Of a stretch of DNA of 64,000 bases, positions 27,055-41,477 are shown one piece after another. The position numbers and the translations under genes were made by a program. The notes under the pieces were generated by a model. The model was not told the origin of the DNA. It made no database searches and was given only the letters and a program-made list of their open reading frames with translations. This DNA comes from Raja brachyura (lineage: Eukaryota), in contig OY740803.1 of the NCBI GenBank assembly GCA_963514005.1, positions 44,082,001-44,146,000 on the forward strand. The letters are read 5' to 3'. Each line of letters opens with the position of its first letter. Within the stretch, counting starts at the first letter, position 1.

Positions 27055-30000
27055 ATTGTTGGGAGGGATAAAAAAAAAGTAAATCCATTAAGCCTGATAT
27101 TTAACATGTGGAGTATACTCTAATTAAGAAGTGCATGCTCTGAAGAAATGTGGATGTATTTAAATTTGTCGGAGCTCTTGTTGCTCCAATTGTTTTTGAA
27201 TAGAATCTTTGCACTTGTTGCAGTTCATTATAAATAGTGCTAATTTCCCTCCATATGGTGGTTGATAAATTGAATTCGACCAATGTTCATTCCAAGCCCA
27301 GAATGGTTCTGATTAATGTTCTTTTGACCAGACAGAATAACAACTTAATTGTACTCAACAATTTGTGCTATTCTCTAACTGAGGATATTATGTAATGTAT
27401 TTTGTGAACTTTTAACTATTTGGACAGTTTCTTGATGTACCACTTGGATAGCTTATAACCCAATGAAATGAACATTGAATTCTCCAGTTTTAGACAACCT
27501 CAAACAAACCCTACAGCCCCCTCCATGCTCCACCCACCACATGCTCCACCTGGAATTGCACTTATTTCTCTCCTCCACCTACATTCCTTTCTCTAGATTC
27601 AAAATTCACAACTCTTCTGCCCTTTCGTCTCACATCTTCTATCTTTTCATCTCTTCCCCTTGTCCAACCATCTGCCTATTGTAGACCCCTCACCTGTGTC
27701 ACCTATTATCTGCCATGCTTTGTTAAGCCTCTCCTTTCTCCCGGATTCCCCCACTGCCCTCTCACCTTCCCCCCCCCCCCTTATAATCAGTATGAAGAAG
27801 GGTCCTGACCCAAAATGTCACCTATCCAAGTTCTCTAGGGATGCTGCCTGACCCACTGAGTTACAACACTTTGTGTCTTCCTTAATATAGCCTGATATGC
27901 TGTGAGGTATCACATGTAGCCAATAATTTTAGTCCGAAAAATGTCTTTTGGGTAAACAAAGGATTTAAGAGAGAATTTTCAGTGCTTTGGGAAGCATACA
28001 TGGAGGAACACAAATATTACATGGAAGCTTGCGTTCTATTTGGCATTGCTATGTATTAATAATAAATTAAAATGAGATTATTTCAAAGGAACACAAAGCG
28101 AATGGGTTTCTGTACTTGTCAATCACATAGGCTTTCCATTAATATTGAGAATCATTTACAATATCAATTCTCTGGCTGCTTATTTAGCAGGTTTTTAATT
28201 TACTGCATCAATTTACTGTCAAATCGTTTGGAATGCATTTTTAATCACTGCATCGATCCTTACCTATAACCATTTGTGGCAATTTGGTAGTTGAATATGA
28301 AAACAACAGGTTTCATTTATTCAAGGAACATATGATAAATTGCATTTGTCATTCAGTAATGGGTTCTCCAATTTTCCAATTTATTTATGCCAGCAAAGTG
28401 AATCTCTACCCATTAATCCAGTGTTCTCTTACATTTGCTATTTCACACCCCTAGCTTATCCGGTCACCAGCTAACGCTTTTGCGCAATCAGCTGCAAGTG
28501 AGAAATTGAACTCTTTGCTTTTCTCCAACTGGTGTTCTTAAATGCGTGGGAAGAAATTGCAGATGCTAGTTTACACCAAAGATAGACATGAAAAATGGTC
28601 CTTTGAAGCTCCTGAGTCTTTTAGTGTTGTGGGCTCTTCTACATATTTATCCAAACATCTCCCTCTACCACAACCCTTTGTTCCTCTGAAGCTGCCTGAT
28701 CAAGTGCAAAATATCATCCTTTTATGTTTAATTTGCTGCCTAAGCTTTCTTCTGCCATGCATTTTATCTTCACCAACCCAAATTTACTTTATTGAAAGTC
28801 TTTTATGATTGTCGCATTACTTATAGCATGCATCTTAATTGCTTGAGGAACGTTAACCCTGCTAATTCTTTGCTTAAAGTAATTTCTTTATTGTTAATGA
28901 CACTCTGAAGCTCGGATTAATAGGAGTTGGATGTTTCTTAAAATTCTTTATCATGTCGCTAAGCTAGGGTGAATCACACATTGTATGTTAATCTAGTCTA
29001 GATGTGATTGGTGAAAGATCCATTGTTTCGGCACACTATTATGTGGTTCTTAATATTAACTATACTATTTTAGCAAACCATGGTCCAAGTTATGGCTTGG
29101 GTTTGATAAAGTGATTCAATTATATAGACAATTTATAAACAGCTTCAATTATATAAACAGCTTAATAAATTAGGTAGGAAATTAAAAAGTGGGCATGGTA
29201 GATGGAAGTCCTTTTGGTTTGAGGGTTATATTCTTGGAAAACGTAATGTTCGCAATTATTTTTGTCCTGTTCGGTTAGCATGTCCCTTGCCATAAGTGTA
29301 CCGCATGCTAATCTTTACATCGTTAAGGAAGGATAAAAGATAAGTGACCACAAATTAGCTGGCTATAAAAAATGGGATTTCATTTTAGTTTCAGAAGCCT
29401 ACTTAACTTTTTGTTGCATCATCAATTGAAACTGAGTTTGTGCTGCCAGCTTGGTAAGATATTGTAATCAAAAGGGAAACTTATCTTTCTTCCAACAAAA
29501 GTTTATCTCTTTGAGATTTTGGAAGCCAGTCTAGTTTCACTTGGCATTCTCCCAAATAAAGCAGCCAACCTTAGCACTTGTACTCCCACAAATACTTGCA
29601 TCTGATGCTTTAGTAGGAATTATTTCCTAATTTCAATTTCCTTTGCAGTTAATTTAATGCATAGGGTGTCCTGAATGGAGTACATAATAACAGTGATTCA
29701 TATTTGCACTGACAAAGACACGATTATTATAGAAAGCTGAAACTTTTCTTTTACCATAAAGTGCCCACCCATTTTAAATTCCTCCCTATGTTTTATTATC
29801 TACTGATTTGCCATTTTTGCAGATAAATGAACAGATTATACAATGTGGCCTTTTAATCACAAACTTATACTTTTGTAATTTTGTGCTCAAGCTAATGGCT
29901 TTATCTGCTACAGTTTCTCTTTATTAGGCCAACTAAAGTGTTATGAAACTTGTTGATTTGGAACTAACCAGCATATTGGAGTTTAAATCCAATTGAATCT

Positions 30001-31414
30001 GAAGCTTTCAGACGATGAAGTAACATATGAAGAAGAAAGGAACATTTTTGTTAAAATCAAACCTCGGCCACTTGAGCCTTCAAGAGTACTTTGTCATTCA
30101 GTAAGGTCATGATGGATCTACTTTCACTGCACTTTCCTGCCATATCTCATGATTTTCTTAGAATCCAAACATTCTATCCGCCTTTGTCTTTAAAATACTC
30201 AATTTCTGTTCCATCAGCCACATTCTTGCCATTCATTTGTCTCCAACAGATTCTTTGCCTCCCCTTCATTATTTGTATTGCTTGCAGGCGAGGAAACATT
30301 GGTGTCCCCTTCTCCACGTCATTAATTTCATAAATATTTAAAGCCCAACCATGGCTTTTTTAATATCTAGCTTCCTTGGTTTTAGTCGACCTTAATTTTA
30401 TACACTAATCTCACCTTGAAAGCTTTTTGAAAATCCTAATACCTTATACTCTCCCCTTCAACCACCAAAAACTTAGGAATTATGTTTATTAAAGGATATA
30501 TCCGGTTGTCCATTAACTGTGTTTCTGAAGGTAATAACATGCATTTTGTAATTTGGATATAGATTTGCTTGCGTATTTAGTTTAACAATTGGTAGAATGT
30601 TTACTTTAATTATAAGGTGTGCAGAATGCAGATCAGAGGTTTTCACTATATTAAGTGGTTCAGAGCACCTGTGAAGTTTCCATTTTGTCCTGGCCAAGTT
30701 TTAAGTTACTTGAAGTAATCAGTGGTACAGGATGTATTATTACTGCCTGAAAATACCACCTTGTTGTCAAATTTAGCTTGGCTTCAGTGGGGAGAATTGC
30801 TTTTAATGGCACAGAATGATAAGAACAAGATTCCCCGAGTAGTTCAAAGATGCCTGGAGCAGCTGTGCTCTGTCGACTGAACAATTTGTGAAACTGCTAA
30901 TACTTTTTGCTGTCATTACACTTCAAAAATAGACTTCCGTAACAAAGGGATAATTCTAGTTCAACTGCTAACAGAGCAGTCAGAGAACCTTATCAGCCAA
31001 AATCATAAAAGCATGCAGTCCCAGTGGTTGTGCCGGCAAAAAAATACTTTCCCATTATTGTTTGCTTTGCTTGGCATGGAAGCCTAGGGTTGCTTACCAG
31101 CATAAACCAACAACAGCTGACTGCCAGAAAAATCTGCTTCAGTGTGAAAAATGTAATGTACCTCAAATATATTGAAGAGTTCACGTAAGAAATGATGACT
31201 GCGTCAGATGTCGGTGATAAAATGTGCAGAAAAAAGTGTGTCGCAGCTGAGTGCCCTATCATTGGGACAGAGTAGGCAACCAGAGAAGATCAGTTTCCTT
31301 TGCTCCAATTGTGTTTTGCTAAGACTGTATATAGATGAGTGAAATGAGTAGCTAGAGAGAGTCCAACTGCATCTAACATGAATAAACACTGAAGCTGAGT
31401 TTAAAATTTCAAAG

Positions 31415-31607
31415 ATGGACACACAATGCTGGAACACACAACAGGACAGGCAGCATCTCTGGATAGAAGGAATGGGTGATGTTTCGGATCTCCAGCCAAA
31501 ACGTCACCCATTCCTTCTATCCAGAGATGCTGCCTGTCCCGCTGAGTTACTCGAGCATTTTGTGTCGATCTTCAGTGTAAACCGGCATCTGCAGTTCCGT
31601 CCTTAAC
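31415..31607. mobile_element. Palindromic Penelope pLTR-derived insertion
   Basis: Inverted arms. Target-site duplication atttcaaag at 31406-31414 and 31608-31616. Confidence 0.85.
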
Positions 31608-34359
31608 ATTTCAAAGTTCTTTAATTAGTGTTTAAATATTTAATTATCCATGCCTTGCAGTTAATCACTTTTTACTGTTACTCTCTAACATGTAGGTCAT
31701 TGGATAATAAATGCTTTGAAGATTTAGATCAAACTACGCTACATGCTCCATTTAATTATTATTTTTTGCCTCAACCTGTCAGGTGGTGGATTGTTTTTTG
31801 GATTGTGCTGTGTTGGCTCTTTAATGTATACACACTTTCAAGTTTTGATTCTAATTGTAGATAGAGAATATTAAAGCAATTTTCCCCTTTAATTAATCAG
31901 ATTGCTGATAGATATTTGTTATTTTTTAAAACTATACTTTGAAGTTGGACTTTATTTTGGAGCATGAACAGTTAGATTTTGGCACTTTGATCAAGCTGCA
32001 ATGTGAATGTTGTAAATTAAAGGAATATTAACATTTGGCTATTTTAAAAAAAAAACACCAATTATTTGAAAAGTCCTTTAGGCTGCACAGATATGTGGGT
32101 GTGCTAAAATATGTAGAATATGTAAGATTGAGTGGAGTAAAAATTGATATGTGCTATAGTTTTAATTTCTCTGCACGAGGCAAGTTAATGAAAACTTTGC
32201 CAGCTTACATTAGGTGGATTATTTATTCTGCTTTCGCCTTTTTGTCACGAGTCATACTGCGTGGAAATGGGTCCTTTGGCACAACGGCCAACATGCCCCA
32301 TCTATACTAGTCCCATCTATCTGCCTTTGGCCCCTATCCCTCTAAATCTTATCCATGTACCTGTCTAAATGTTTTTTAAATGTTGTGATGGTACCTGCCT
32401 GAAATACCTTCTCTGGCAGTTCATTCCGTATACCTACCACCCTTTGCCCTTTGGGTTTCTATTAAATCTTTGCTCCCACACCTTGAACCTATGTTCTCTG
32501 GCTCTTGATTCAGGGTAAATGAACTCAGTCTTTTAGCAAATCTGTACACATTTGAGTTTATTGCCAGTGACATAAAAGGAAATATTGTCTTTAATGCTTT
32601 CAAAACTGAGCTAGATAGGGCTCTTAATAATAGCGGAGTCAGGGGATATGGGGTGCAGGCAGGAACGGGGTACTGATTGGGGCTGATCAGTCATGATCAC
32701 ATTGAATGGCGGTGCTGGCTCGAAGGGCCAAGTGGCCTACTCCTGCACCTATTGTCCATTGTCTGTAATGTTTTACCATATCCCATGTTATTTATTGTTA
32801 TCAATAACTGGTGCTGTTCTATTTATAGAAACCAGGTGGATGGTTAGTGGTAGAAAGAGTGAGCAGGCGGTTATTTTATTGTGCATCTCAAAATCAGAAC
32901 CTACCTCATTCAATAGGAGTGAGAGGAAATGAACTTGAAGCGGATAGACTTCATTTGTTGAAGTTAACAAGTCTCATCAAATATTTACTTGCCATGTAGG
33001 CCACGGGTCACTAAGCATTGATCATGCTGTCTCGTGTTTCTCAGACTGTCAGGTTTGTATGCATGTATGCCTTTGGATTAACACAATACAAAATGTTCAG
33101 GTGATGCCCTAAAAGTGGTGTATCAAGTCTATAGTTCCACTTAGCTGTGCAGCTGTAATGTAAAACCCTTATTAGTCGTTCTTAAACCGTAATCTTATAT
33201 TGATGCAACCCGATTCCACAGTCTATCAGATTATTGTGTGTGAGAAATAACATGTAACTATTGTCAAATGTAAGGAATGAAATAGGTTTTAATTCTGTGT
33301 TTCTAATTATGGGGTGGAGCTCTTCAAGCCTTTCTGGGTTTTTGCATGCTTTGTAAAGGATACAGTCTATTTATGTTGTGGGGTAGACTATAGATTTCAA
33401 AATACCTTTAGCTGAATTTTCACAAATATAAATGCAGGCACTGTTGTGTTTTTGGTTGTTCCTCCCCATCTTGTGTACTTGCTTCAATCCTCTGAGACTG
33501 AAAGTGTGTAGGAAGGAACTGCAGATGCTGGTTTTGGCCGAAGATAAACGCTGGTCTTCTGACTATAGCCTCTGCTGGAGTCTGCATTCTCTACTATTTG
33601 TAGCTGTGGTTTTGGCTGTCTAGCCCCACGGTTTGGGATTTCACGACCAACTCATCATCCTTCCATTAAAAGACACTCTTTGTAATGAAACTCTTTGAAC
33701 TTTTGTCACCACTCCCAATCTTTGCACTCACAAAGCATCTGGTTTTGCGAGACATTTGTAAAAAAAACCCTCGGGGCATTTTCAAGACATATTGACTTTG
33801 TTAAATGTTATTTTGAATTTTAGGGCTGTGAAAGTTCTTCCTTGAGATTGCAAGGAAGGTTTTCTTTTGGAAATTGCCATTTATTTTTTGTGTTTTGATG
33901 GTACTGTGCCTCTGACAGTGTGGGGGTGGGGGAGGGGAAAAGGACCATGTCATGGTAGTACTATTTCCTGGCAGGGACACAAACGCGTCTTTGGATTGGA
34001 GTTATTGATCTCGGGACTGAAAGAAATGTCAGGAAGTGCTGCGTACATATATTCATACAACATTAAATCAGACCCTTTGGTCCATCTCATCAATGCTGAC
34101 CAATCTGCCCCATCTAAGCTAAAGATAGACACAAAATGCTAGAGTAAGTCAGCGGGACAGGCAGCATCTCTGGAGAGAAGGAATGGGTGATGTTTTGGGT
34201 CGAGACCCAACTAAACTGCTCCAATTTGTCTGTTTGGCCTATATCCCTCAACTTTTCCTAGCAGTTTATCTGTTCAACTGTCTTTAAAATGTTGTTATTG
34301 TACCTGCCTAGTCTACCTCCTCTGGCAGCTCATTCCATATAACAATTTCTGTTAAAAAG

Positions 34360-34690
34360 GATTGCCTACTTTGGTCACACGCCTGTCCCAATTTCCTAAG
34401 AGTAGGCCAAGCTTTGCCCTCTCCCTTGTAGGGCTTCCTTCCTATTGCCTGAGGAAATCTTCCTGAACTGGCTGGACAAATTCACCGCCATCTAAGCCCT
34501 TGGCACTATGGCAGTCCCAGTCTATATTGAGAAAGTTTCAATTCCCATACTATGACAACCCTATTAATCTTACAGCTGTCTGCAATCTCCCAGCATATTT
34601 GTTCCTCTGATTCCCATTGACAATTTAGGGTCCTACAGTACAATCCCAAAAAAGGTGATCATCCTCTTTTTGCATCTTGGCACCACCCAT
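34360..34690 (-). mobile_element. CR1 ORF2 AP-endonuclease fragment
   Basis: Minus-strand translation with frameshifts gives EEQICWEIADSCKINRVVIV (decayed GDFN) NIDWDCHSAKGLDGGEFVQPVQEDFLRQ. Confidence 0.75.
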
Positions 34691-37399
34691 CCATTATAGT
34701 TCTACTTGGAGTCTTATGCCTCGTGGAGGAAACCTCGGATGATGTTGATGAGTTCCAGGTGTTTTTGTTCTTATATTTGCACAAAGTAACTCGTGAGCAC
34801 AGTTAGGCGCATGACGTGTTCTTTCAACTGGACGAGAAGTGCATAACATGTTTTTGGACTGCGGCATCTCTAATTATCAATCATTGTTTAAAGTTTTTAA
34901 AATCCACTAACCTTTTGGTTACAAGTAACTGACCAAGGTCAGTAAACAAAATGCAATGATGCAAGTGGCTTTGCAGATTGCAACACTTTTTGAGGCTTTT
35001 CATTCAAAGCACATTTAGCTGCCCTACCATGCTGCTGTGACTATGTCCCCAGTAAACACATTAGCTTCTGCGTCAGTAAATTATTTGCTCACTCCAAAAT
35101 TGTTGTTCAGTTGCTGTGCAGTTAATATACACACCTCTGAGAGATGAACATTCTATTAATCTTGAGGAAGACCCAAAATGCTGGAGTAGCTCTCTGGGTC
35201 AGCCAAGCATCTCTGTTAATTGTGTTTATTGGCAGCAATCGGAGTTCGGGTAGCAGTTAATCTATGCCGAGTGTGGGACGGGGGAGGTGGAGGTTGAAAT
35301 ATTTGACATGTATTCAGAAAAGTCTAAACAATGGTTGTATTCGTAGATCATTTTGGATCATATTAATGGAGTGCTGTGTAAAATATTGTACCCCAATTAA
35401 AACAATTACTTTTTATTATTGAATTAGTAATGTAGTTAGAAAAATCTGGGTATCATTAATAGAGAAATTGTAAATCATTTCACCCAATTTATCAAAGGAT
35501 CAAAAATATTTTAGAAATTATCCCTCTTCTTTATTCAAATAGAATTGTACAAAATGTTTTTCAAGTTTCTTTGCCCTGTTAACTATAAGCAAATAGCTGA
35601 TCCATTTGTGGACTTGGGCCTGTGATACCAGCTTTGTGTTTCTTGGTTGACAGGATAAGTAAATGGATTTTACAGGAACAAATGTTTGAAGCAACAGAAT
35701 TCTAGCAGCAAGACATTATGTGTTTGTCCAACATATAATTATTTAGTGTTTAAGGTGGAGTGATATGTGGAAAGTTGGTTTGCAAAAGCCAAATGGATTT
35801 AAGAACTATTTCTAAAAGCAAAAATTGATGTCATTTATTGCCTATATTTACAAAGCCTAGAAAAGAGCTATAGAATAAGCTGTGTATGAAAGAACTGCAG
35901 ATGCTGGTTAAATCGAAGGTAGATTGCTGGAGTAATTCTGGCAGCATCTCTGGAGTGAAGGAATGGGTGATATTTCGGGTCAAGACTTCTTCAGCTTGTC
36001 TCTGAACTCGAACAATCACAGCTTAATTGGTGTGAACACTGTCCTCCCTCTTATCAGAGGTCTGGGAAAAGACGGAAAAAAACTAAGTAAAAAGCTGCAA
36101 GATTAATTTAGGGAACAACTAACATGATCTAACATGATGTTCTAACATGATCAAACAAGTTAAGAAATTCCAAGTGACTGAGGAAAATATCTAAATTACT
36201 ACTTGCCTTTTAAACTGAGTGATCCAAATTACAACAGGGCATTTGTCTTCCTTTTTGAACTGCAATGGGGAAATCTCTGCTTTCCACGTTTAACTATTAC
36301 AAATGTAGTTAAATCTTTGTGGCAAAGAAAAGCATCCTGATGTATGTCAGAGCTGACTGAATTTTGGATTTTTCTGGATCAAGAATGCAATTTAGATATT
36401 TCATGTAGTCATCGCACTGTTTAAGTCTTTAACAAATCCAGAATCCAGCAAAGATTCTTGATTAGTATAGGTGTCAGGGGTAATGGGGAAAAGGAGAATG
36501 GGGTTGATTGAGAAAGATGGATCAGCCATGATTAAATGACAAAGTAGACTTTATGGGCTGATTGGCCTAATTTTGCTGCTATAATTTGTGAGTTTATGAA
36601 CTTGAGAATAGATTATTTCTCCACCCACTTCCCACCTGCAATCCCATTGCCTGGCTCTTTCTTGCAGAAGACTTGCTTCTAGCCCAGATTAGAACGTGAA
36701 GGAAATTCAGAGTTTGAGTTATACTTTGTTTCAAAATGAAGTAGCTTGGCACTGCCAAATTCTTTCTATGTATGGTGCCCAGTAACAGTATTTTTAATTT
36801 GTGATGTGGAATTACACAGTGGATGTAAATATGTGATTAGACTGAAAACATGGTAAATGACTAGAAGTTAATTCTCTCACACTGGAAAGATAATGTGTAC
36901 AAAATTTGTATAACCTATCAGAACTTGGCTGTTGAGGGATTGTCAAGCTGCCTTGCTCCCTCTTGTACTGTTTTGTGCAGTCCCGCAGTAACAATGTAGC
37001 AGATGGTACTTGCGTTTTCCTGTATCAAAGTCAGTGGCCAAGAGAAGCTGTTCCATTTACTCAATACAAAGTTTGCCCCTGCCACAATACATTATTTGGC
37101 ATTAGTTTGGGGGCATGCTCTTTAATGACACTGAACGTTATTGAAGCTTTCTTTTAAGCTCTTATGCTACCCTAAACGTTATTTCCCTTCATCTATGAAA
37201 CAGAACCTTTCACTGTACCTTAATTGGTACATGTGACAATTAAATTGAATCTTGGTTGGAACATTTATCTCCATATTTAGCAATTGGAACATTACCTGGT
37301 GTAATCTTTGGCTTGGGGAAAGGTTAAGAGGAAATTGAGATCTTGAGGTGATTTTACAATGTAATGAGCATTGAGAACTAGCCTGTTTCCTCTCAGTGG

Positions 37400-37630
37400 T
37401 CTGGTATTAGAAAGCCACATAAGAGTCAGCCATTTTGCTGCTTATGATCCATTTGGATGAAGACCGCTGATTCCCCACCATGATATATACAATGATAATT
37501 TGATTGGATTTGCAACAATTTAGTAATTTCAAGATTACTGTTACTGATAATTTCCTCGTTTTTTTTTTAAATTTCCCACTTGCTTCTGTATCTGTGCCAT
37601 TAATCCAGGCCTCTGGGTTACTAGTCATGA
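37400..37630 (-). mobile_element. Decayed elasmobranch SINE/CR1-related repeat
   Basis: Minus strand gactagtaacccagaggcctggattaat. Related pieces at about 4050-4100, 8010-8240, 23200-23360 and 52620-52830. Confidence 0.5.
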
Positions 37631-39948
37631 TATAGAAGATAGACACAAAGTGCTGGAGTAACTCAGCAGGACAGGCAGCATCTCTGGCTAGAAGCAATGG
37701 GTGACATTTTGGGTCAAGACACTTCTTCAGTCATTAATATAAACGATTTCCCTCTCCCTGTAGCCATAGACTAGTTTTATTGCCATTCAGTATAAACTGC
37801 TATATTGAATTATAAATGACTAATTTCACTGTGTGTGTGTGTGTAGTTTGAAAGGATGGGTTGGGAACTTTCTTTTGTCAATGCCAATTATTGTTTGTTA
37901 TACACATTCATGAACTTGATCATGTGAACATTTTGAAGTTTAAAAAAAAATTGACCACATCCTGAAAGGAACATATTTGTTTAATAGCAGCATGGCTGCT
38001 GTAGGTTACAAGTTGTTTGACTTAAGAACTGGATTATTTCAATGTAGTAAGTGGAAAGATATGAACATGTTAGATTGCTAGTTTCCTTGTATATTCTTTA
38101 ATCTGATCAAATTTGCCAAGAGCATGAAGATCCTTACAATGGTTTATAATATCATGCAAGTGCAAATGGAGATAATGTCATGAAGAGTTGTAGAATCATT
38201 TGTGCAACAGTTATAATTAAAAAATATAACTTGAGGACACTTGCTCCTATGACATGAGCTGATAATGCATGATGTTTCTCGAAGGAAATCAAGTAGTGAA
38301 GAGTGTGCATTCTCAGACCGTATCATTTTGAGACATCCTTGCATATTTCCTATAATCTGATTATATAGAGGTAGGCTTAACGGTGAATAGCTGGATGAAG
38401 GATAGGGCTCCATGTCCTTCAGATTAAATCATAAACGATGTGAGGTTGCTGAAAAATTGTAATAAAATGTCAGGATCACTTGAATAAGTGTTGGCCTTGA
38501 AGCTAATTTTGTTGCATTCTAATGCTGCACTTTCACTCTTTTTCAATCATGAATATCCAATAAACTTTGTAGATCCTGCTTGTTGTAAACCATGGATTAT
38601 ATGAATTAAAAGTACATTTACCTATTTCTGTTTTATTTGTAGGTTCCCTTAACTTTTGAACTATGCCTTGTGCAATCAAATGTTTTTTTCTGATCGGCAT
38701 TGCTGCCTATTTTTCTTCCCCCTTTTCTCTATTTTATCTCCTAATATTCACTACGTATTTTCCATTTAATAGTCATAGAGAAACAGTAATATAGCTAGGA
38801 AGCAGACCCTTCGATCCAACTCGCCCATGCCGACCAAAGTGCCCTATCCAAGCTAGTCGCATTTCCTAAACCTTTCCTATCCATTTACCTGCCCAAGTGT
38901 CTTTTTAAAAGCTGTAGTATTATCTGTGTCAACTACTCCCTCTTGCAAGTTGTATCATATATGCACCAACCTCTGAGTGGAAAAAGTTGCCCCACGATTT
39001 CCTGTCAAATCCTTTGCCTCTCACCTTAAGCCTATGACCTTTAGTTCTTGATTCCTCAACCCTGTTTAAAAGACCCTGTGCGGAGTTCATTTATAATTGG
39101 TTTCCCTATTAAATGCCTTTTGCTTTGTGTCATTCAGATGCCATTGATTTCCCCATACTTCATAAAAACTTAGATTTATTGTTAAAAAAGTAGTAGTCAT
39201 ATTTAAAGGCATTTTGACAGATGGCTTTTTCATTCCAGCAAGTGAGAGAATTGCTAATCAAAGTTTGACCTTCATTCAGTATAGAATTATGGAGAGATGG
39301 TGCACTCCAAGTCGCTTTATTACTCCAGGTAAAACCAAGAGGGATCAGGGAGCGGTGATAGGACTTGTCAATTTCAAATTTAATTTCTGACACAATCTAA
39401 AGTAATAATAACAAAAAATAAGACTGAAGTGGTAAAGGCCACTGTAATCCCTTGTGATGAAATAATGTGGTAATGCATCGAATATCTAATGCATGTTTGC
39501 TTAACAAAAATTAAAATAATTTTCCTTTACAATTATTTATTAATGGGTACAGAATTAAATAATCATCCTTTCCATCCTATTCACAGTGTCTCCGAATGGC
39601 GTAAGTGGGTCGTATCAGGAAGAGACGATTTACTGTACCGACTAGTGAAATCATTGGCTAATTTAATGACTTATCTCTGGTCATCAATATCGATCATTGT
39701 CAAGGAATAGATTATAGTTGAAAGTTTTTTACTCAGCCAGGTGACCTTTAAGAGCAAAGTATTCAACATCCCTCTGGATGGAGAAGTGTTGAACTTTTTC
39801 CTTTGTTTGTATGTGGGGTAGTGGTTGTGAACGAGGTGGAAGAAACTGATGGAAATTGAAGTGAATAATGTGGTTGCTATACCTGATTGTAACTATTGTC
39901 ATGGCTGTAGAGGTTTGCATCTTTAACAAGCATTTACAAAACCCTTAG

Positions 39949-40145
39949 GTGGATAGAAATGCTGGTGAAACTCAGCGAGTGAGGCAGCATCTATGGAGTG
40001 AAGGAATATGTGACATTTCGGGTCGAGACCCGAAACGTAACCTATTCCTTCGCTCTATAGATGCTGCCTCACCCGCTGAGTTTCTCCAGCATTTTTATCT
40101 ACCTTCGATTTTTCCAGCATCTGTAGTTCCTTCTTAAACATTTCG
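39949..40145. mobile_element. Palindromic Penelope pLTR-derived insertion
   Basis: Arms centred on tttcgggtcgagacccgaaac. Flanks tttacaaaac(c)cttag at 39933-39948 and 40146-40160. Confidence 0.87.
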
Positions 40146-40371
40146 TTTACAAAACCTTAGTTTATACAGTTACTTACTGGATATACTCTGACGCATTCAA
40201 ATGTAACTATTTCATTTGGAGAAAGCATTCCATGTACACAACAAATATACTTCATCACAGTACATGCCAATCTTGTGGCCATCTAAATGGACTGCAATGG
40301 TTCTGGAATTATTAATCTAAATTTTTCCACCTGCCACTCGATCGAGAGCATCATTTTTATTCCATAATTAG

Positions 40372-40624
40372 ACCCTCAACAGATTACGAGTGGAGCAGGG
40401 GAGGTGCAAAGCACTTATGAAAGCATAGAACTACCAGGCAGAAGACACATGCAGCTGTGGAGCAGTACAGACAATGTCCCACCTACTGGCGTGTGACGAG
40501 GCCCCCCCCCCCCCCCCCCCCAGTGCAGCCCCCAGGATCTGGCTGAACCGACCCGACCAGCTGTGACCTGCGCCAGATACTGGCAGAACGACATCTGAGA
40601 TTGCAACGGACTCGAAGAAGAAGA
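40372..40624 (+). mobile_element. Vingi/Ingi-clade LINE 3' end
   Basis: Translates TLNRLRVEQGRCKALMKA*NYQAEDTCSCGAVQTMSHLLAC (CCHC knuckle), then CSPQDLAEPTRPAVTCARYWQNDI*. Has a (GAA)n tail and 11-bp target-site duplication attccataatt at 40359-40369 and 40625-40635. Confidence 0.8.
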
Positions 40625-40904
40625 ATTCCATAATTTAGTGAAGCAAATGTGAAGTAGGGCTTGCACGAGTCTCAAAATCATGCTTTTGCAGCTTTCTTAA
40701 ATGTTTACGCACTAGCAGATGGTGTGCTGATAAGATTGACCACGCTTTTACTCAGCTGCACTCTGGTCATCTCACTCGGCCTATCAAACGGCGCTGACCT
40801 CCGAGCCGATGCAGAGAAATTGTAACTTGAGAAGAGAGAAGTAAAATAAATAGTTGCTGGTGACAAGGCTATTGCCGCCGTTGGTTGCGATTGCCAATTG
40901 CTGA

Positions 40905-41160
40905 TTTAGTTTATTACTGTCACGTGTGCAAAGTACAATGAAAAGCTTTTGTTTGCGAGCTATCCAGTCGAAGAAAAGACTATACATGAATACAATCAAG
41001 CCATCCAAGGTGCACAGATAAAGGGTACACCGTTTAGTACAAAGGTATAACGTTGAGGTCTGCACGAGTCCGATAAACGGTAGTTCAAAGGACTCCAATG
41101 AGGTGGATGGGCGGTCAGAACCACACTCGAGCTGATGAGAAGAATTAGATGGTTCTTGCA
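40905..41160 (-). mobile_element. LINE 3' end, probably Rex1/Babar-like
   Basis: Recurrent tail aagcttttcactgtacc..ggtacacgtgacaataaact. Related copies at about 18285-18420(-), 20118-20255(-), 21893-22170(-), 37170-37245(+) and 63205-63325(+). The 22130 copy retains a decayed VIRLLN-like ORF end. Confidence 0.6.
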
Positions 41161-41477
41161 GCATGCACTGTTCAAAAACATGATTTAAAGTTCAATAATT
41201 GTCTGGTATTAGAATATTTTTTGTAAAATGCCTTGAACTCTTTAAATGAACTCTTTGAACACGGGGTGAAAATATTTCCAGAATGCTGTTGGTTAAGCAA
41301 TTTAAGGATTGTAATGATGCACTGTTAAGGTGATGGATGGTATTACAGTTAAACTAAATTCTGAACTTGAGTGCAAAATTTATCCACTTGTACTCTATTT
41401 AATATCTAGTAAAACTATTTTCATTTTATGATGAACATCGAGACGGTGTAAGACACCAGTGGTTTAATGTTACTATT

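Noticed and set aside
36120-36152. Short tandem repeats: aacatgatct-like units here; also about 29115-29163, 58953-58994, 62040-62090 and (TG)n at about 37830-37844
   Set aside because: Typical slippage products with no sign of function.
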